Source: Dictyostelium discoideum | Taxonomy: Eukaryota | Reading direction: 5' to 3' | Length of the DNA: 64,000 nucleotides | Assembly (NCBI GenBank): GCA_000004695.1 | Contig: CM000151.3 | Coordinates: forward strand, 2,336,001 to 2,400,000 | In this document: in pieces, positions 28,355 to 44,442 of the stretch | Position numbering within the stretch: position 1 is the stretch's first letter | How the letters are laid out: each line of letters begins with the position of its first letter | Made by a program: the position numbers and the translations under genes | The notes under the pieces: generated by a model | The model's database searches: none | What the model saw: the letters and a program-made list of their open reading frames with translations, nothing else | Told to the model about the DNA's origin: nothing

Positions 28355-30904
28355 TTGCGAACAGTCATGGTCTCAAATAAAAATCTTTTACCAATTATCT
28401 ATATTTTTTTTATTATTTTATATTTCGGTGACGTTGCTAAATCTCAATACTTTCCACTAGATAAAGGTGCCACATGTCAAAAATATAGGGGTGATAGTCC
28501 AGGGATCCAGTTATGTGATGGCTTTTTATCAAATCCAAGTTAGTAGTTTATTTTTTTTTATTTTTTTATTATGGGATGGCTCTTTATCAAATCCATGTTG
28601 TTAGTTTTTTTTTTTATTAATTTTCTTTATTTTTATAAATTTTTTTATATGTTTTAAATCTTTGTGTAAAAAAAAAAAAAAAAAAAAAAAAAGATAGTAT
28701 TTATATAAACTCAACATCAAGTCAAGAAGCTATTCAAGCACAAGGTAATTTAGTTCGTCAATATATTAATTTCTATAAATCATTCGAATCTTGTAAAAAT
28801 CCTCGTACTTTTGCTTTACTGTGTGCTTTTGTAAGTAATTAAATTTTCTTTTTTTTTTCTATTTATATCTCACATTTATTAATTACTTTTTTTTATTTTT
28901 TTATTTTTATTTTTAGCTTTTTCCAGAATGTGAAAAATATACAGATCCAGTTTCAAAAGTAACCTATGCATATCCAATTTTACCTTGTTATAACAATTGT
29001 TTAAATATGACAACATCATGTCAAATTTCAACATCTAGGTTAAGTTGCGCAACTAAATATACATTTGAAAATATTTCTTATTCAGTATTTCCAAAAAATA
29101 CAACCACCTATCAAATTGATAGTTTAAGCTATACAAATACATGTGAAAACACAGATCTTATTGCAAATTCTCAAAATACATCAATTCAACAATGTTTTGA
29201 ACCTTTAGTTTATCATGTTTCAACTGATGAAATTCATGATAAATCAATAGGTTATATATTCCCATCTACAAATACAACTTGTGTAGTGGGATGTCCTGCA
29301 CCATTGTCTGTATTTTTTTTATTATTTTAATATACTTTTAATTTTTTTTATAACTCTCTCTCCCCAATTACATTATATTAATAATAAATTTATTTTCACA
29401 ATATATTTTATTAACTTATAAAGATATTATGCAAATCAATGGAGGAATATATATAGATTATCAGATGTATTATCAATTTTATCATGTATATTAACATTAT
29501 TTTTAGTAATTACATTGGGAATTATTAACCCAAAAGTTTCAAGATTCGATAAAATCAATGTTATGTTGTTATCCAGTATTTTCCTTCAAGCATTTTCTGG
29601 TGCATTAATGACCTTTAATGGGACTGAAAATACATTATGTCCAGAAGATGGACGTTTTGCTTCATATATAGATAGGATGTGTGTTGCAACAGGTAAATTT
29701 TTTTTATAGAAAAAAAAAAATAAATAACCTTATATATTTATTTTATTTTAACTAATCAAATTTAAAAATTAGGATTTCTTTTACATGGATCATCACTTTT
29801 AGTAGTTCAATGGTGGTGTGTACTCTCTTTTGAAGTATGGTTTACAATTTTCCAAGGTAAATTATTATTTTATTATTAATTATTATTAATTATTTATTAG
29901 TTATATTAATTATAATTATTATTAGCTATTATTAACTATTATTAACTATTACTAATTATTATTAATTATTATTAATTATTTATTATTAATTATTGTTTTC
30001 TCTAAAAATAATAAAATATAATTTATTTTAAATATTTAAATTATAGTTGGAAAAAAACAAAAAGATAGATTTATTTATTATTTAGTAGCATCATTAATTA
30101 TAGCATGGATACCACCAATTGTGTCAATATCAAAGAATGAATATTCAGGTGGACCAGCAAATCCATTTTGTTGGTTAACAACTTTTAACTATAGAAGGTT
30201 TGCATTTTGGTTGCCAATGGGTATATTTTTATGTTTAGGTGGTGTATTTTTAATTCTTTTAATGAGAGAAATTTATGTTGTAAGTATTTATTTTATTAGA
30301 AATTCACTTTTTTTTTATATTTATTAATGTTTTGAAAAAATAAAAAATAAAAAAATAAAAAAAGATTGTATCTGGTAATGTCCAATCAACAAAAGAATCT
30401 AGATTTAAAGTATTGAAAATGGAAGCAAAACCAATTATTAGTTTAATTATGTATTTTTCTTGTCTTTTATATTTATTTATTTATGATCAATGGATTAATA
30501 ATCATATGCACGTTTATACCGATTCCATACCATCTTATGCACTATGTCTTTTAACAAGTACTTCCACCAATGATTGTCTATTAAAGGCCCCAGATATTAC
30601 TGGATTAGGTTATTTTATTTACAGTATTAGAGTTTTTGGTGTTTATGCATTTATCATTTATGGTATTTCCAAGAAAACCCTTCAAATTTGGAAATATAAC
30701 TATTTCGTTGTATTCATTGGACAAAAGATTGAACAATTCACAAATGCAACAACAACTGCAAAATCTTCAAATTCTAATAACTCTTCAACTACAAATAATA
30801 TTTCAGTAAAAGCTTCCTCAAATATGGAATATGAAACTAGACAGGAAAATGAAAATGGAGACAGTCAATCTGTTGAATTAGATTCAAATTCTGATGCTCT
30901 ATAA
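28355..30904 (+). CDS. Frizzled/smoothened-like (Fsl family) receptor, paralog 2 (signal peptide, Fz CRD, 7TM). About 7 exons: 28355-28538, 28694-28830, 28917-about 29306, about 29423-29692, about 29771-29848, about 30041-30288, about 30367-30904.
   Basis: MRTVMVSNKNLLPIIYIFFIILYFGDVAKS (signal). CQKYRGDSPGIQLCDGF...CKNPRTFALLCAF, PECEKYTDPVS...LPCYNNCLNMTTSC (CRD). Then TM helices. The C-terminal exon (KPIISLIMYFSCLLYLF...GLGYFIYSIRVFGVYAFIIYG...KTLQIWKYNYF) is collinear with the gene at 3145-5351 (KPILNIVLIYFSFVYIF...SLGYFIYCIRIYGIYCFFLQG...RAFKIWKRSIVF). Confidence 0.75.
28518..28606 (+). repeat. Tandem duplication (about 33 bp x2, 3 mismatches) of the 3' end of Fsl paralog-2 exon 1 together with its 5' splice site, lying in intron 1.
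   Basis: gatggctttttatcaaatccaagttagtagttt (28518-28550) against gatggctctttatcaaatccatgttgttagttt (28574-28606). A second 24-bp tandem duplicate ataaaatgatcaaatcaattttttt lies at 28257-28312 just upstream of the ATG. Confidence 0.8.
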
Positions 30905-31361
30905 ATTCTACACTGTAAAAAAAAGTCACAAATCATTTAATTATCTTATTTATAAAAAAAAAAAGCAATAAATATATATATATAATTTTAAAAACAATAA
31001 ATATATATATATATACAAGAAATAAAATCTTAAAGTGATAAAAAAAGAATGTGATTTTTAAAAAATCCTTTAGGTAACTAAAATTTTGTAAAAAAGAAAT
31101 GTTTATGTTTTTTTTTTAACTTTATTTTTTTATTTTAGAAACTGCTATTGGGGAAAAAAAAAACAAGTTCCAGTATTTGTATTTTTTTTTTTTTTTTTGG
31201 AAAAAAGGGATATCTTTGAATGTTGAAAGTTTTTGTGGAAAAAAAAAAAAAAGAATATATAAAAAAAAAAAGAATAAATAGTTTTATTATTTATATAGAT
31301 TAATATTTGTATTTTGAAGCAAGAGGTTACTAATCGGTTGCTTGAAAAAGAGAAACATAAT

Positions 31362-35359
<3,998 letters not shown>

Positions 35360-35399
35360 AATGATTATTGTATATAAATGCTGCTATTGGTTTTTATAT

Positions 35400-36222
35400 T
35401 TCTAACTTGTGTGTTGGTTTTTTTTTTTTTTTTTTTTTTTTTTTATTTTTTTAATTTGTTAAAAAAAAAAAAAAAAAAATTATATTGAAAAAAAAAAAAA
35501 AAAAAAACTTTATCACCTAATAATTGAAACTTTTTTTTGAATGGATATATTTGATGCTGTTATTTTATATTTTTTTAATTTTTATGATTTGAATTTATAA
35601 ATATATTGAAAAAAATAAAATAAAAAAAAAAAAAAAGAAAAGAAAAAAAAAAATATATATTTTTATTTTTTAATTTAATTTAAAAAAAAAAAAAAAAAAA
35701 GAATAAAAAGATGTTTTACTAAAATGATTAATATTAGTAATTTATTAATATTTTTAGAGTAATAATAATAATTGGAAACATATAGTGTTTATTTTTGGTT
35801 ATGTATATGTGTGTGTTTTTTTGTGGAAGTGGGTTATTATAATATATTAAATTTTTGAAAGTCGTAATAAAAAAATTATTGGTGTGGAATGGTATATATT
35901 TTTTTTCCCTATTAATATATATATATAATATATATATATATATACACAATATATATATATATATATATGTGTGTGTAGAATTTTATTAAATAATAAAACA
36001 ATCCTCTAATGATTTTTTTTTTTTTTTTTAATAAAAAATATAAATTAAAAAAAAAAAAAATGGAAAAAAAAAAAATATAAAAAAATTAAAAAAAAAAAAA
36101 AGGAAAAAAAAAAAAAAAAAGAAAAAGAAAAAGAAAACAAAGTCATACAGATTAATTGAATTATTGGAGGGGTGTGGTGAATTGTAGGTATATAAATATT
36201 TATGTGATAATAATAATAATAA

Positions 36223-36253
<31 letters not shown>

Positions 36254-37876
36254 AATTTAATTAGGAAACACACAACTGTTATATTAAATTAAAAAAAAAT
36301 AATAAACATTGTATCGGTGCCAATTTAAGTGTGATGAAAGATTGTGTTGTTGTTGTTTGTAATTAATTTTGTAATTTTAACGTTATATATACACATTTAA
36401 ATATTTAACAAGTTTTTTTTTTTTTTTTTTTTTATTTAATTATTATTAATGAAAATAATAAAAATACCAAATATCTGGGTTATTAAAATTTTTTTTCTTT
36501 TTTTCTTTTTTTTTTTTAAAAATTTTTTTATCACACATTAAACATATAAATAGATTCAACAACAACAACAAAAAAATAACAATAATAATAAAAATAATAA
36601 TGTGAGGAGGGGGTGTGTTTTTTTTTTTTTTATGTGAGGTTATGATAATGTGTAGGTAGAAGTGTATTTATTATTATTATTATTTAAATTATAAAATAAT
36701 AAACAAACAAGTGGTTGTGTGGTTTTTTTTTTTTTTTTTTTTTTTTTCGAGTTATGTGGCTATAGTGGTTAAATATGTTGTAAGAATTTAATATTACCAT
36801 TCAATATTTTGTATCTCATAAATGTGAGAAATTGGGTGTGTGAAAATGTGTTGTGTAATTCTCTTTTTTTTTTTTTTTTTTTTCTTTTTTTTCTTTTTTT
36901 TTCTTTTTTTCTTTTTTTTTTTCTAATTTAATTAAATACCACTAACCCAGTTTAGGTAAGGTAGATATAATTATATTTTGTTTTTTTATTTGTTATTAAT
37001 GTTTTGTAATTGTAGTAAAAAGTGTTGCATGCATAGACACATCAATACATTTTTTTATTTTTTATTTTTTATTTTTTTTTTATTTTTATTTTTTTATAAT
37101 TATTATTTATTTATTTTTTTTATTATTATTCTTTTATTTTTGTGTTTTTTTTTTTTTTTGTATATTTTTTATTTTTTATTATTTTATTATTTTATTATTT
37201 TTTTATTTTATTTTATTTTTTTTTTAATTAATTTTTTTTTTTTTTTTTTTTTTTTCGCATGTGTGAGAGCAATGGCGCACCTAAAAACCGAACTTTTTTA
37301 AAAAATTAAATACTAAGAGGTTTGCCCACAAAATTTTTGCAGGGTTTAATAATTATAATAAAATTAATCTCAAAAAAAAAAAAATAAAAAAATAAAAAAA
37401 AAATAAAAAAAAAATAAAAAAAAATGAAACGATTATAAAGGAGAAAAAGAAAGTGATCATTTTCGTTTTTTTTTTTTTTTTATTTTTTTTTTTATTCCTA
37501 ATTAATTTGGTGTTTCACAGATCATTTTTTTATTTTTTTTTTTTAATATTGTTTTTTTTTAATGGGTAGCGATATTTTATTGGTGACAGTTTAAAATTAT
37601 ATTGTTCAAGTTAACCAATTGTTTTTTTTTTTTTTTAAACCATTTTTATTTAGTTTTTTTTTTTTTGATTTTTAACAAAAAAAAAAAAAAATATAAAAAA
37701 AAAAAAAAAAAAAAAAGAACACATTGACGAAATTACGAATGGTTGGAATATGGTTTTAATAATAGAATTTTAATTGGATTTTTTTTTTTTTTTTTATTCA
37801 ATGATTGTGATTGTTATTATTATTATTTGTCTGTCAGTTTTTTATTTATTCCCCAAAAAAATATTAATAATAACAA

Positions 37877-37911
<35 letters not shown>

Positions 37912-38697
37912 ATATTTCAGATTAGGTGGAGGATGGGGTGGGAAAATACTTCAAATTTGGATTCGCTCCATAATTAAAAAAAAAAAAAAAGAAAAAAAAT
38001 TAAAAGGAAAAAAGGTTAGCTCATAACTTTGAAGAAAAAAAAAAAAAAAATTTTGTTTTGTTGTGAATTTTAAAATGTTTAGAAAAAAAAAAATACTGTT
38101 TAGAATTTATTTATTTTTTTACCCTTTTTTTTTGTAAAACGTCTTTTAAATTTCCAAAAAGTGCACTTTAAAAATTCATTGCAACTAATAATAGGGCCAA
38201 ATTTTACTGTTTTTTTTTTTTTTTTTTTAATTGAAAATGGAAGATCTAAAATTTTAAGTTTTGTGTGGTGGCAAAATTTTTTATTTTTTTTTTTCATTTT
38301 TTTTTTTTTACGAATAAACTTTTGGTAAATGGATTGGTAAGGGTTAAAATAAAAAAATAAAAAAAAAAAAATAATAAATATTTAAATAGTGTTACATATA
38401 TATTTATATTGAGTGAAAGAAATAATCATCTATTATCCTTTTATCATAATTATTATTTTAATTATAATATTATTGGATAGAATTGATGAAGTTAGGATCA
38501 AGAATAATAACTTTATTAAAAGATTCAAATAATAAAATCAATATTAATAAGATACTTTAATAATATAAATAGTTTAAATAAATTTTGATATCTTTTATTT
38601 AAATCTTTTATTACCATTTTTTTTTAATTTATTAAAAAATACGTTGTCAGAAGAAAAAAATAAATTAATAAATAAAATAAATAAATAAATAAAAGTG

Positions 38698-38739
<42 letters not shown>

Positions 38740-38880
38740 TTTTAATTTTAAAGGTTTTTATTATTTTTATTTATTTTATTATTTATTATAATTTAATATA
38801 TTTTTTTTTTTTTTCCAGGTTTTTTTTTTTTTATTTTTTTTTTTTTTCCAGGTTTTTTTTTTTTTTTCTTTTTCTTCACA
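35400..38880. other. About 3.5 kb gene-free AT-rich desert with homopolymer runs and scattered G/T-rich islands (36160-36200, 36600-36860, 37255-37340). Only short poly-T/poly-A pseudo-ORFs.
   Basis: No ORF with non-repetitive composition on either strand. GC-richer islets such as cgcatgtgtgagagcaatggcgcacctaaaaaccgaac and gtttgcccacaaaa (a DUSE-like CCCACAA motif) at 37322-37335. Confidence 0.6.
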
Positions 38881-38894
38881 CTTAATTTCTTTCT

Positions 38895-39153
38895 TTATTT
38901 TTGTAAGACATCTTTTAATTTTTTAAGTAATAGAGCAGATACAACTTGATCATTGCTTCTAATAATACAATTAACAGTTGGTGGTTGTTGTTTTAATAAT
39001 TGAATTTGAACATAAATGTTTTCATCTTTTAATAAAGTTTTACTTGCAAATTGAATCTTTGATTTTAATTTATTCGAGGCTATTGGAATTAAATTAATAC
39101 CTTCTAAAACTATTGGTAAAATTGGCATTAAACCAATATTTTCATCACCACTT

Positions 39154-39191
<38 letters not shown>

Positions 39192-42100
39192 TAATTTATC
39201 TAAGCATTGATCACCAAATTCAAATTGATCATCAACTTGTTTAAATTCACCAACTTCTTCAAATTCATCTTTCCATTGACTAATTGATTCATAAATTGGT
39301 ACAATTGGTATTAATAATTCACCAATAATTGGTGTTAAAGTTACTGGGAAATTACCTTTATTAAAGCTATAATGATAATAATAAAATATATATATTTTTT
39401 AATTAATATTTGTATTTAATTTTCAAAAGTAATAAATAAAAAAATAAAAAAATAAAAAATTTACCTAATTTCAAATTTACAAGATTGAGAAGTTGAATTA
39501 AATAAAACATAAATTTGTTTTTGAATTGCTTGATTTGGTTCAATTGATTCGATTGGATCAAATTCACTAATATCAGCACCATCGATTAAATTTTTATTAA
39601 TGATAGAGATATCGGTGAAAGTTTCATCAGATTGATTCTTTATATTTAATTGAATGATATTATAACGTGGTTGACATGAAAATTCTTCATTATCTCTGAT
39701 TCTAATGAAACAATAATCAATACTTAATCCACCACTAATTGTTGGTTTTAATAATATTTTCTTTACAGATTTGGTAGTGGAGTTTATATAATTTTCAAAA
39801 TCAAATTTATCCATTTCTTCCTCACCACTACCACCACCACCAATACCATTAGCGGTTTGATTGTTATCGTCATTAGTTATACCAAATAATTCATCGAAAT
39901 CATCTTCATCCTCTGCTTGAACTTCACCTTCACCATCATATTCACCATCATCAATATCTTGATTATATTCATCTTCATCATAGTTTTGTTGTTTTCTATT
40001 TTTCTTTTTATTTTTCTTTTCTTCACCAAAGAAATCTTCATATTCATTTTGTTCTTCATATTCTTCTTCCTCTTCCTCCTCATCATACTCCTCCTCATCT
40101 TCTTCTTCCTCATCAGAATAAAATGGAGTATCAACGAAAATATTATTTAATTGTTGTTGTTGGTGTTGTTGTTGTTGTGATTGTTGATTTGGAATCCAAC
40201 GTTGAATTGGTTCTCTAACTGATGGATCAGGGGCAACATCAGGGAAATCAGGTAATGCGGTGTAACCTAAAGCAGTATGATTAACGATATGTGATAATGA
40301 ACCAAGTGTAAAACGTTGTCTATCTTCACTTATTGAAGTTTCAGTTGGAATTGGTTTTTGATTGATAACGATTTGTTTGATATTACTATTGATGGATTGA
40401 GTATTCTCAGTATTGAAATAGAAATGTTTTAACATTCTACTATTATCTCTAATATCATAGTTTTGATCGAATTTTGCTAAATTTAAAACATATTGAAACA
40501 TTAAGGTGATCTTTTCTTTAGTTCTTTCATTTTTAAATTCATTTGGTATACTATTATCAGTAGTGGTAGTACTATTATTATCAGTGAATTGAACATATAA
40601 TTTTGAACCTAAATTTAAGGTTTCCAATTTAACAGATTCATGTTCATCAGAGAATGATTTAACTAATTTTCTAAATACATCTGGTGCAACCAATGGTACA
40701 CGATAGCAATATTCACCAATTACCCAAACGATTGATGCACGTGCACTTGGTACTTGAAGTGTATCTAATAGTTTTGATAAATGTAAAATTATATTATCAT
40801 ATTTAATTGAATTATTTGATGATGAATGTTTTGAAATGGTTGATTGATTTTCTTTGACATCTTTTTCTTTTTCTTTTTCTTTTTCTAATTTCTCAAGTTT
40901 TTCATTTGTTGCATTCAATTGTAATAATCTTTTTAAAACAATTACACTCTCTGCAACTACAACAGTTGATTGATTGGATAGGAGGGACATTAAACCATAG
41001 ATACATGATTCGGTTACATCTGGTACTGTAGAGGCGCAGGAGCCAATCGCTTGAATTGTGGCTGCAACGAATTTCTTATCTTCATTCTTTACATACTCTT
41101 TGAACTCTTTCAAGATTTTACCAATATTTTCAGGTGTTGCTAAACGAGTCAATATCTCTAATTTCAATTTGATGCTATACTCTGGATCAGATGAATGAAT
41201 GAAAAACTCTGATAAATGAGGTTCAAACATTGATGGTCTCAATGTTACCATAGTGGAAATGTTGGTCAATGTAATGTATTGTACTTCTGGTCCACTACGT
41301 AAAATACGAACTAATGATTTACCAACTTTTTGTGCTTCAATCGATGGTGCACAATAGAAATACAATGAACTTACTGCCATCACTACTGCATTATTTCTAC
41401 TCTGTAATAATGGTAATGTTGATTTTAATAATAATCTATGATCCATATCAATCTCTTCACTTGAATCAAACATATCTCTTTCTAATGGTTTCTTTTTATA
41501 TAAACTATTTTCTGGTTCATCATCTTCTTGATCTTCTTCATCTGAATAAAATGATTTTGATTTCTTTTTAAATTGTTTAATATTTTTATCATTCTTAAAT
41601 TTAGTATTAGTATTGGTAGTACTATTGGTAGTGATGCTGGTATGATGGTGGTAGTGATAGTGATAGTGATAGTGATAGTGATTATGGTATGATGGTGGTA
41701 GTGGTAGTGGTAGTGGTAGTGGTAGTGGTAGTGGTAGTGGTAGTGGTAGTGGTAGTGGTAGTGGTAGTGGTAGTGGTAGTGGTAGTGGTAGTGGTAGTGG
41801 TAGTGGTAGTGGTAGTGGTAGTGGTAGTGGTGTGGTAGTGGTAGTGGTAGTGGTACTGGTAGTGGTAGTGGTAGTGGTAGTGGTAGTATTTATTTATTTA
41901 TTTATTTTTTTTAAAAAAAAGATTAGTACCTTTCAAAATTAAAATTAAATTATTAATATATTTATTTTTTAATAATTACCATTGTTGAATCAGGACATCT
42001 AAATTGTGATCTTGCATATTTTGTAAGAATATCAAGTACGATTACTTGTGACCATTCATCGAAATCAGCTAATAATTGACAAATTTTTCTATAATGTTGA

Positions 42101-42565
42101 TGAAGGAGATCAAAACGTTGTGGACAAAGTTCATTGAAAGCGACGATAGCAGCACCTAATACCATTGTACTTGTATCATTTAAGAGTATTTCCAATAGGT
42201 CGATTAATGGCTCTTGTTTATCACAATCCAATTTATGTACTTTTGCAATTGCAAAAGCAGCGGCCTTTCTAACAAATGGTGATGTATCCTTAACAGATTT
42301 CTCAATTGCCAATATAATCACTTCAATGATATCAATAACACGAATTGATGACATAACTCTCAATGCTGATGCTCTAATCACTTGACTTTGATCATTTAAT
42401 GACTTTTGAATGGTATTAATTGACAATAATGCACTATCATTTTGACTCTCTGCATAATGAACTAAATACATGTATACTAATTTCTTAATCTCTAAATTCT
42501 TTACAATTACATTCTTTACAACTTGAGGAAATGCTTCTGAAACATCTCTACCTTTTGATAACATC

Positions 42566-42620
<55 letters not shown>

Positions 42621-42827
42621 TAATATTAATCATCATCATCATCATCATCATTTTATTTATTTATTTATTTTATTATATATACATACAGCGATTAACTTTT
42701 TCATACTTTCAAGTTTATCAGCATCAGATGGACTATCTAAATGCTTCTTGATTTCTTCAATTTTAGTATTTGCTGTTGAATCATTGAAATATCTACTTTG
42801 ATTAATATTATTTAAAACTGTATCCAT
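38895..42827 (-). CDS. ap3b1: AP-3 adaptor complex beta subunit (beta-3 adaptin). At least 4 exons: 42827-about 42687, 42564-about 41979, about 41636(?)-39465, 39365-38895. The exon 2/3 junction is unresolved because of the (GGTAGT)n repeat.
   Basis: Exon 1 MDTVLNNINQSRYF...KLESMKKLIA with a GTATGT donor. Exon 2 [76 protein letters not shown]... aligns with human AP3B1 ([76 protein letters not shown]). The ORF 39461-41473 continues (SFYSDEEDQEDD...MDHRLLLKSTLPLLQSRNNAVVMAV...SSDPEYSIKLKLEILTRLA). The last exon is joined via an ATTAG/GTAAAT donor at 39465 and a tatag acceptor at 39366 (NDQVVSALLLKKLKDVLQK stop). Confidence 0.85.
41640..41890. repeat. (GGTAGT)n hexanucleotide repeat of about 40 units, with one 5-nt unit (ggtgt at about 41831) and one ggtact variant. 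It lies between AP-3 beta exons 2 and 3.
   Basis: tggtagtggtagtggtag... read directly. Preceded by a (GTGATA)n variant at 41655-41690. Confidence 0.9.
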
Positions 42828-43311
42828 TTTTTTTTTTTTTTTTTTTTTTCTTTTGTATAGTTTTCAAACTATACTATAATAGAATGATGGTGATGGTATT
42901 GGTGTTATACCCAAAAAATTATTTAATATTAAAAAATAAAAAAATAATAAAAAAAAGACCACGCGATGAAAAGTAAAAAGAAAAAAAAAAAAATTAGAAA
43001 AAAAAAAAAAAAAATTAAAAAAATCTTGTTGTATGGAAAAAAAAAAAAAATAAAATAAAAAAAAAATAAAAATTAAAAACAAAACATAAAATTTTTGAAA
43101 AATTTTAAAAAAAAAAAAAAAAAAAAAATCAAAAAAAAAAAATTTTCAAGATATGAAAAATGTGATGTTGCTTTGTTGGTTTTAACAACTATTTTTATTT
43201 TTATTTTTTATTTTTACCAACGTGTCAAATATTTACATATATATATATATTTTTATTATTTTTTTTATTATTATTACTATTTTAATTATTTTAATTATTT
43301 TGGTAATTTTA

Positions 43312-44124
43312 TTATTTTGGTAATTTTCTCATATATCTAAAATAAATAAAAAATAATGAAGCTGATAAAGTATACCAAGTTCCAATATAAGACATATGTT
43401 TATTATGGAAACTACTTTCAACATCGTTATCGAATCTTTTGAATTGTGGATTTGGTAATGATGATGGTTTGGAATTAATTTCAGTTTCATCCATAGTATT
43501 GATCATTAAAGGTTCGGTATTCAATTGATCAGCCATTGCATCAACATCTAAACTATACCATTGTCCTTTCTCAGGTTGATTAGTTGGTGTAAATGCACTA
43601 CCTCTTTCTTTAGTTTTACTAATTACACCTAAAATATTAAAATATCTATATAAAATTGATTCTTGATTTCCTTGTTGTTGTCCTTGTTCTTTTTCTTTTT
43701 GATGAATTAATTTTAATTCTTCAATTGCATAGGGAATTTTATAATTTGATTTTGGGGTTGAAGCACTCCAACCCCTATTTAAGAGAATTCTAGTGCCATC
43801 TGATAATTGTAATGGTGAGATGACGTAGTAGCCCAATGTACCATCAATGGATCTTGGTCCAAGTAAGACGTATTGGTTATCAATTACTTTTCCATTTAAA
43901 TATACTCTTCTAAATTCATATTTATTTAAATCACCAAAACTACTACCTTTAAAATTCTTTATGAATGAATTTGATAATTCGATTGGATCTTCCTCCATTC
44001 TATCTTTTGCTCTCTGAATTAATCTTTTCTTCCAATCATATCTATAAACTTGCCAAGTACCTAATCCAAATGCAATAACTGGAAATATAAAAAAAAGTTT
44101 AAATCCTTTTTTATTTTTATTCAT
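43312..44124 (-). CDS. surf1: SURF1 (surfeit locus protein 1) cytochrome c oxidase assembly factor, single exon.
   Basis: N-terminal TM then GLGTWQVYRYDWKKRLIQ (SURF1 signature LGxWQxxRxxWK), a central soluble domain and a C-terminal TM (YIGTWYTLSASLFFIYF). Confidence 0.85.
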   Translation of the reverse strand: MNKNKKGFKLFFIFPVIAFGLGTWQVYRYDWKKRLIQRAKDRMEEDPIELSNSFIKNFKGSSFGDLNKYEFRRVYLNGKVIDNQYVLLGPRSIDGTLGYYVISPLQLSDGTRILLNRGWSASTPKSNYKIPYAIEELKLIHQKEKEQGQQQGNQESILYRYFNILGVISKTKERGSAFTPTNQPEKGQWYSLDVDAMADQLNTEPLMINTMDETEINSKPSSLPNPQFKRFDNDVESSFHNKHMSYIGTWYTLSASLFFIYFRYMRKLPK

Positions 44125-44220
44125 TATTAAACAATATTATTATTCGTTTATTATTAAAATTAAAAAATGAAAAATATAAAAAAAAAAAAAAAAATGTAAA
44201 AAATGAAAATTAATTTTTTT

Positions 44221-44263
<43 letters not shown>

Positions 44264-44442
44264 TAAAAAAAAAAATAAAAAAAAAAAAATCGATCAATTT
44301 TGGGTTGTGTGGTTCAATATTGTAAAATATTAAAAGAAAGAAAAACATCAAAATTCAATTTCAATTGTATAATAAAACCAATATAATAATTAGATTTAAA
44401 TCCTATCTAATAAAATAAACAATATATATACAAATACTTAAA

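Noticed and set aside
28571-28578. DUSE-like TCCCATAA motif (minus strand) inside Fsl paralog-2 intron 1
   Set aside because: It lies within the duplicated exon-end segment (gatggc...), so the match is a by-product of that duplication. No plausible ncRNA lies downstream.
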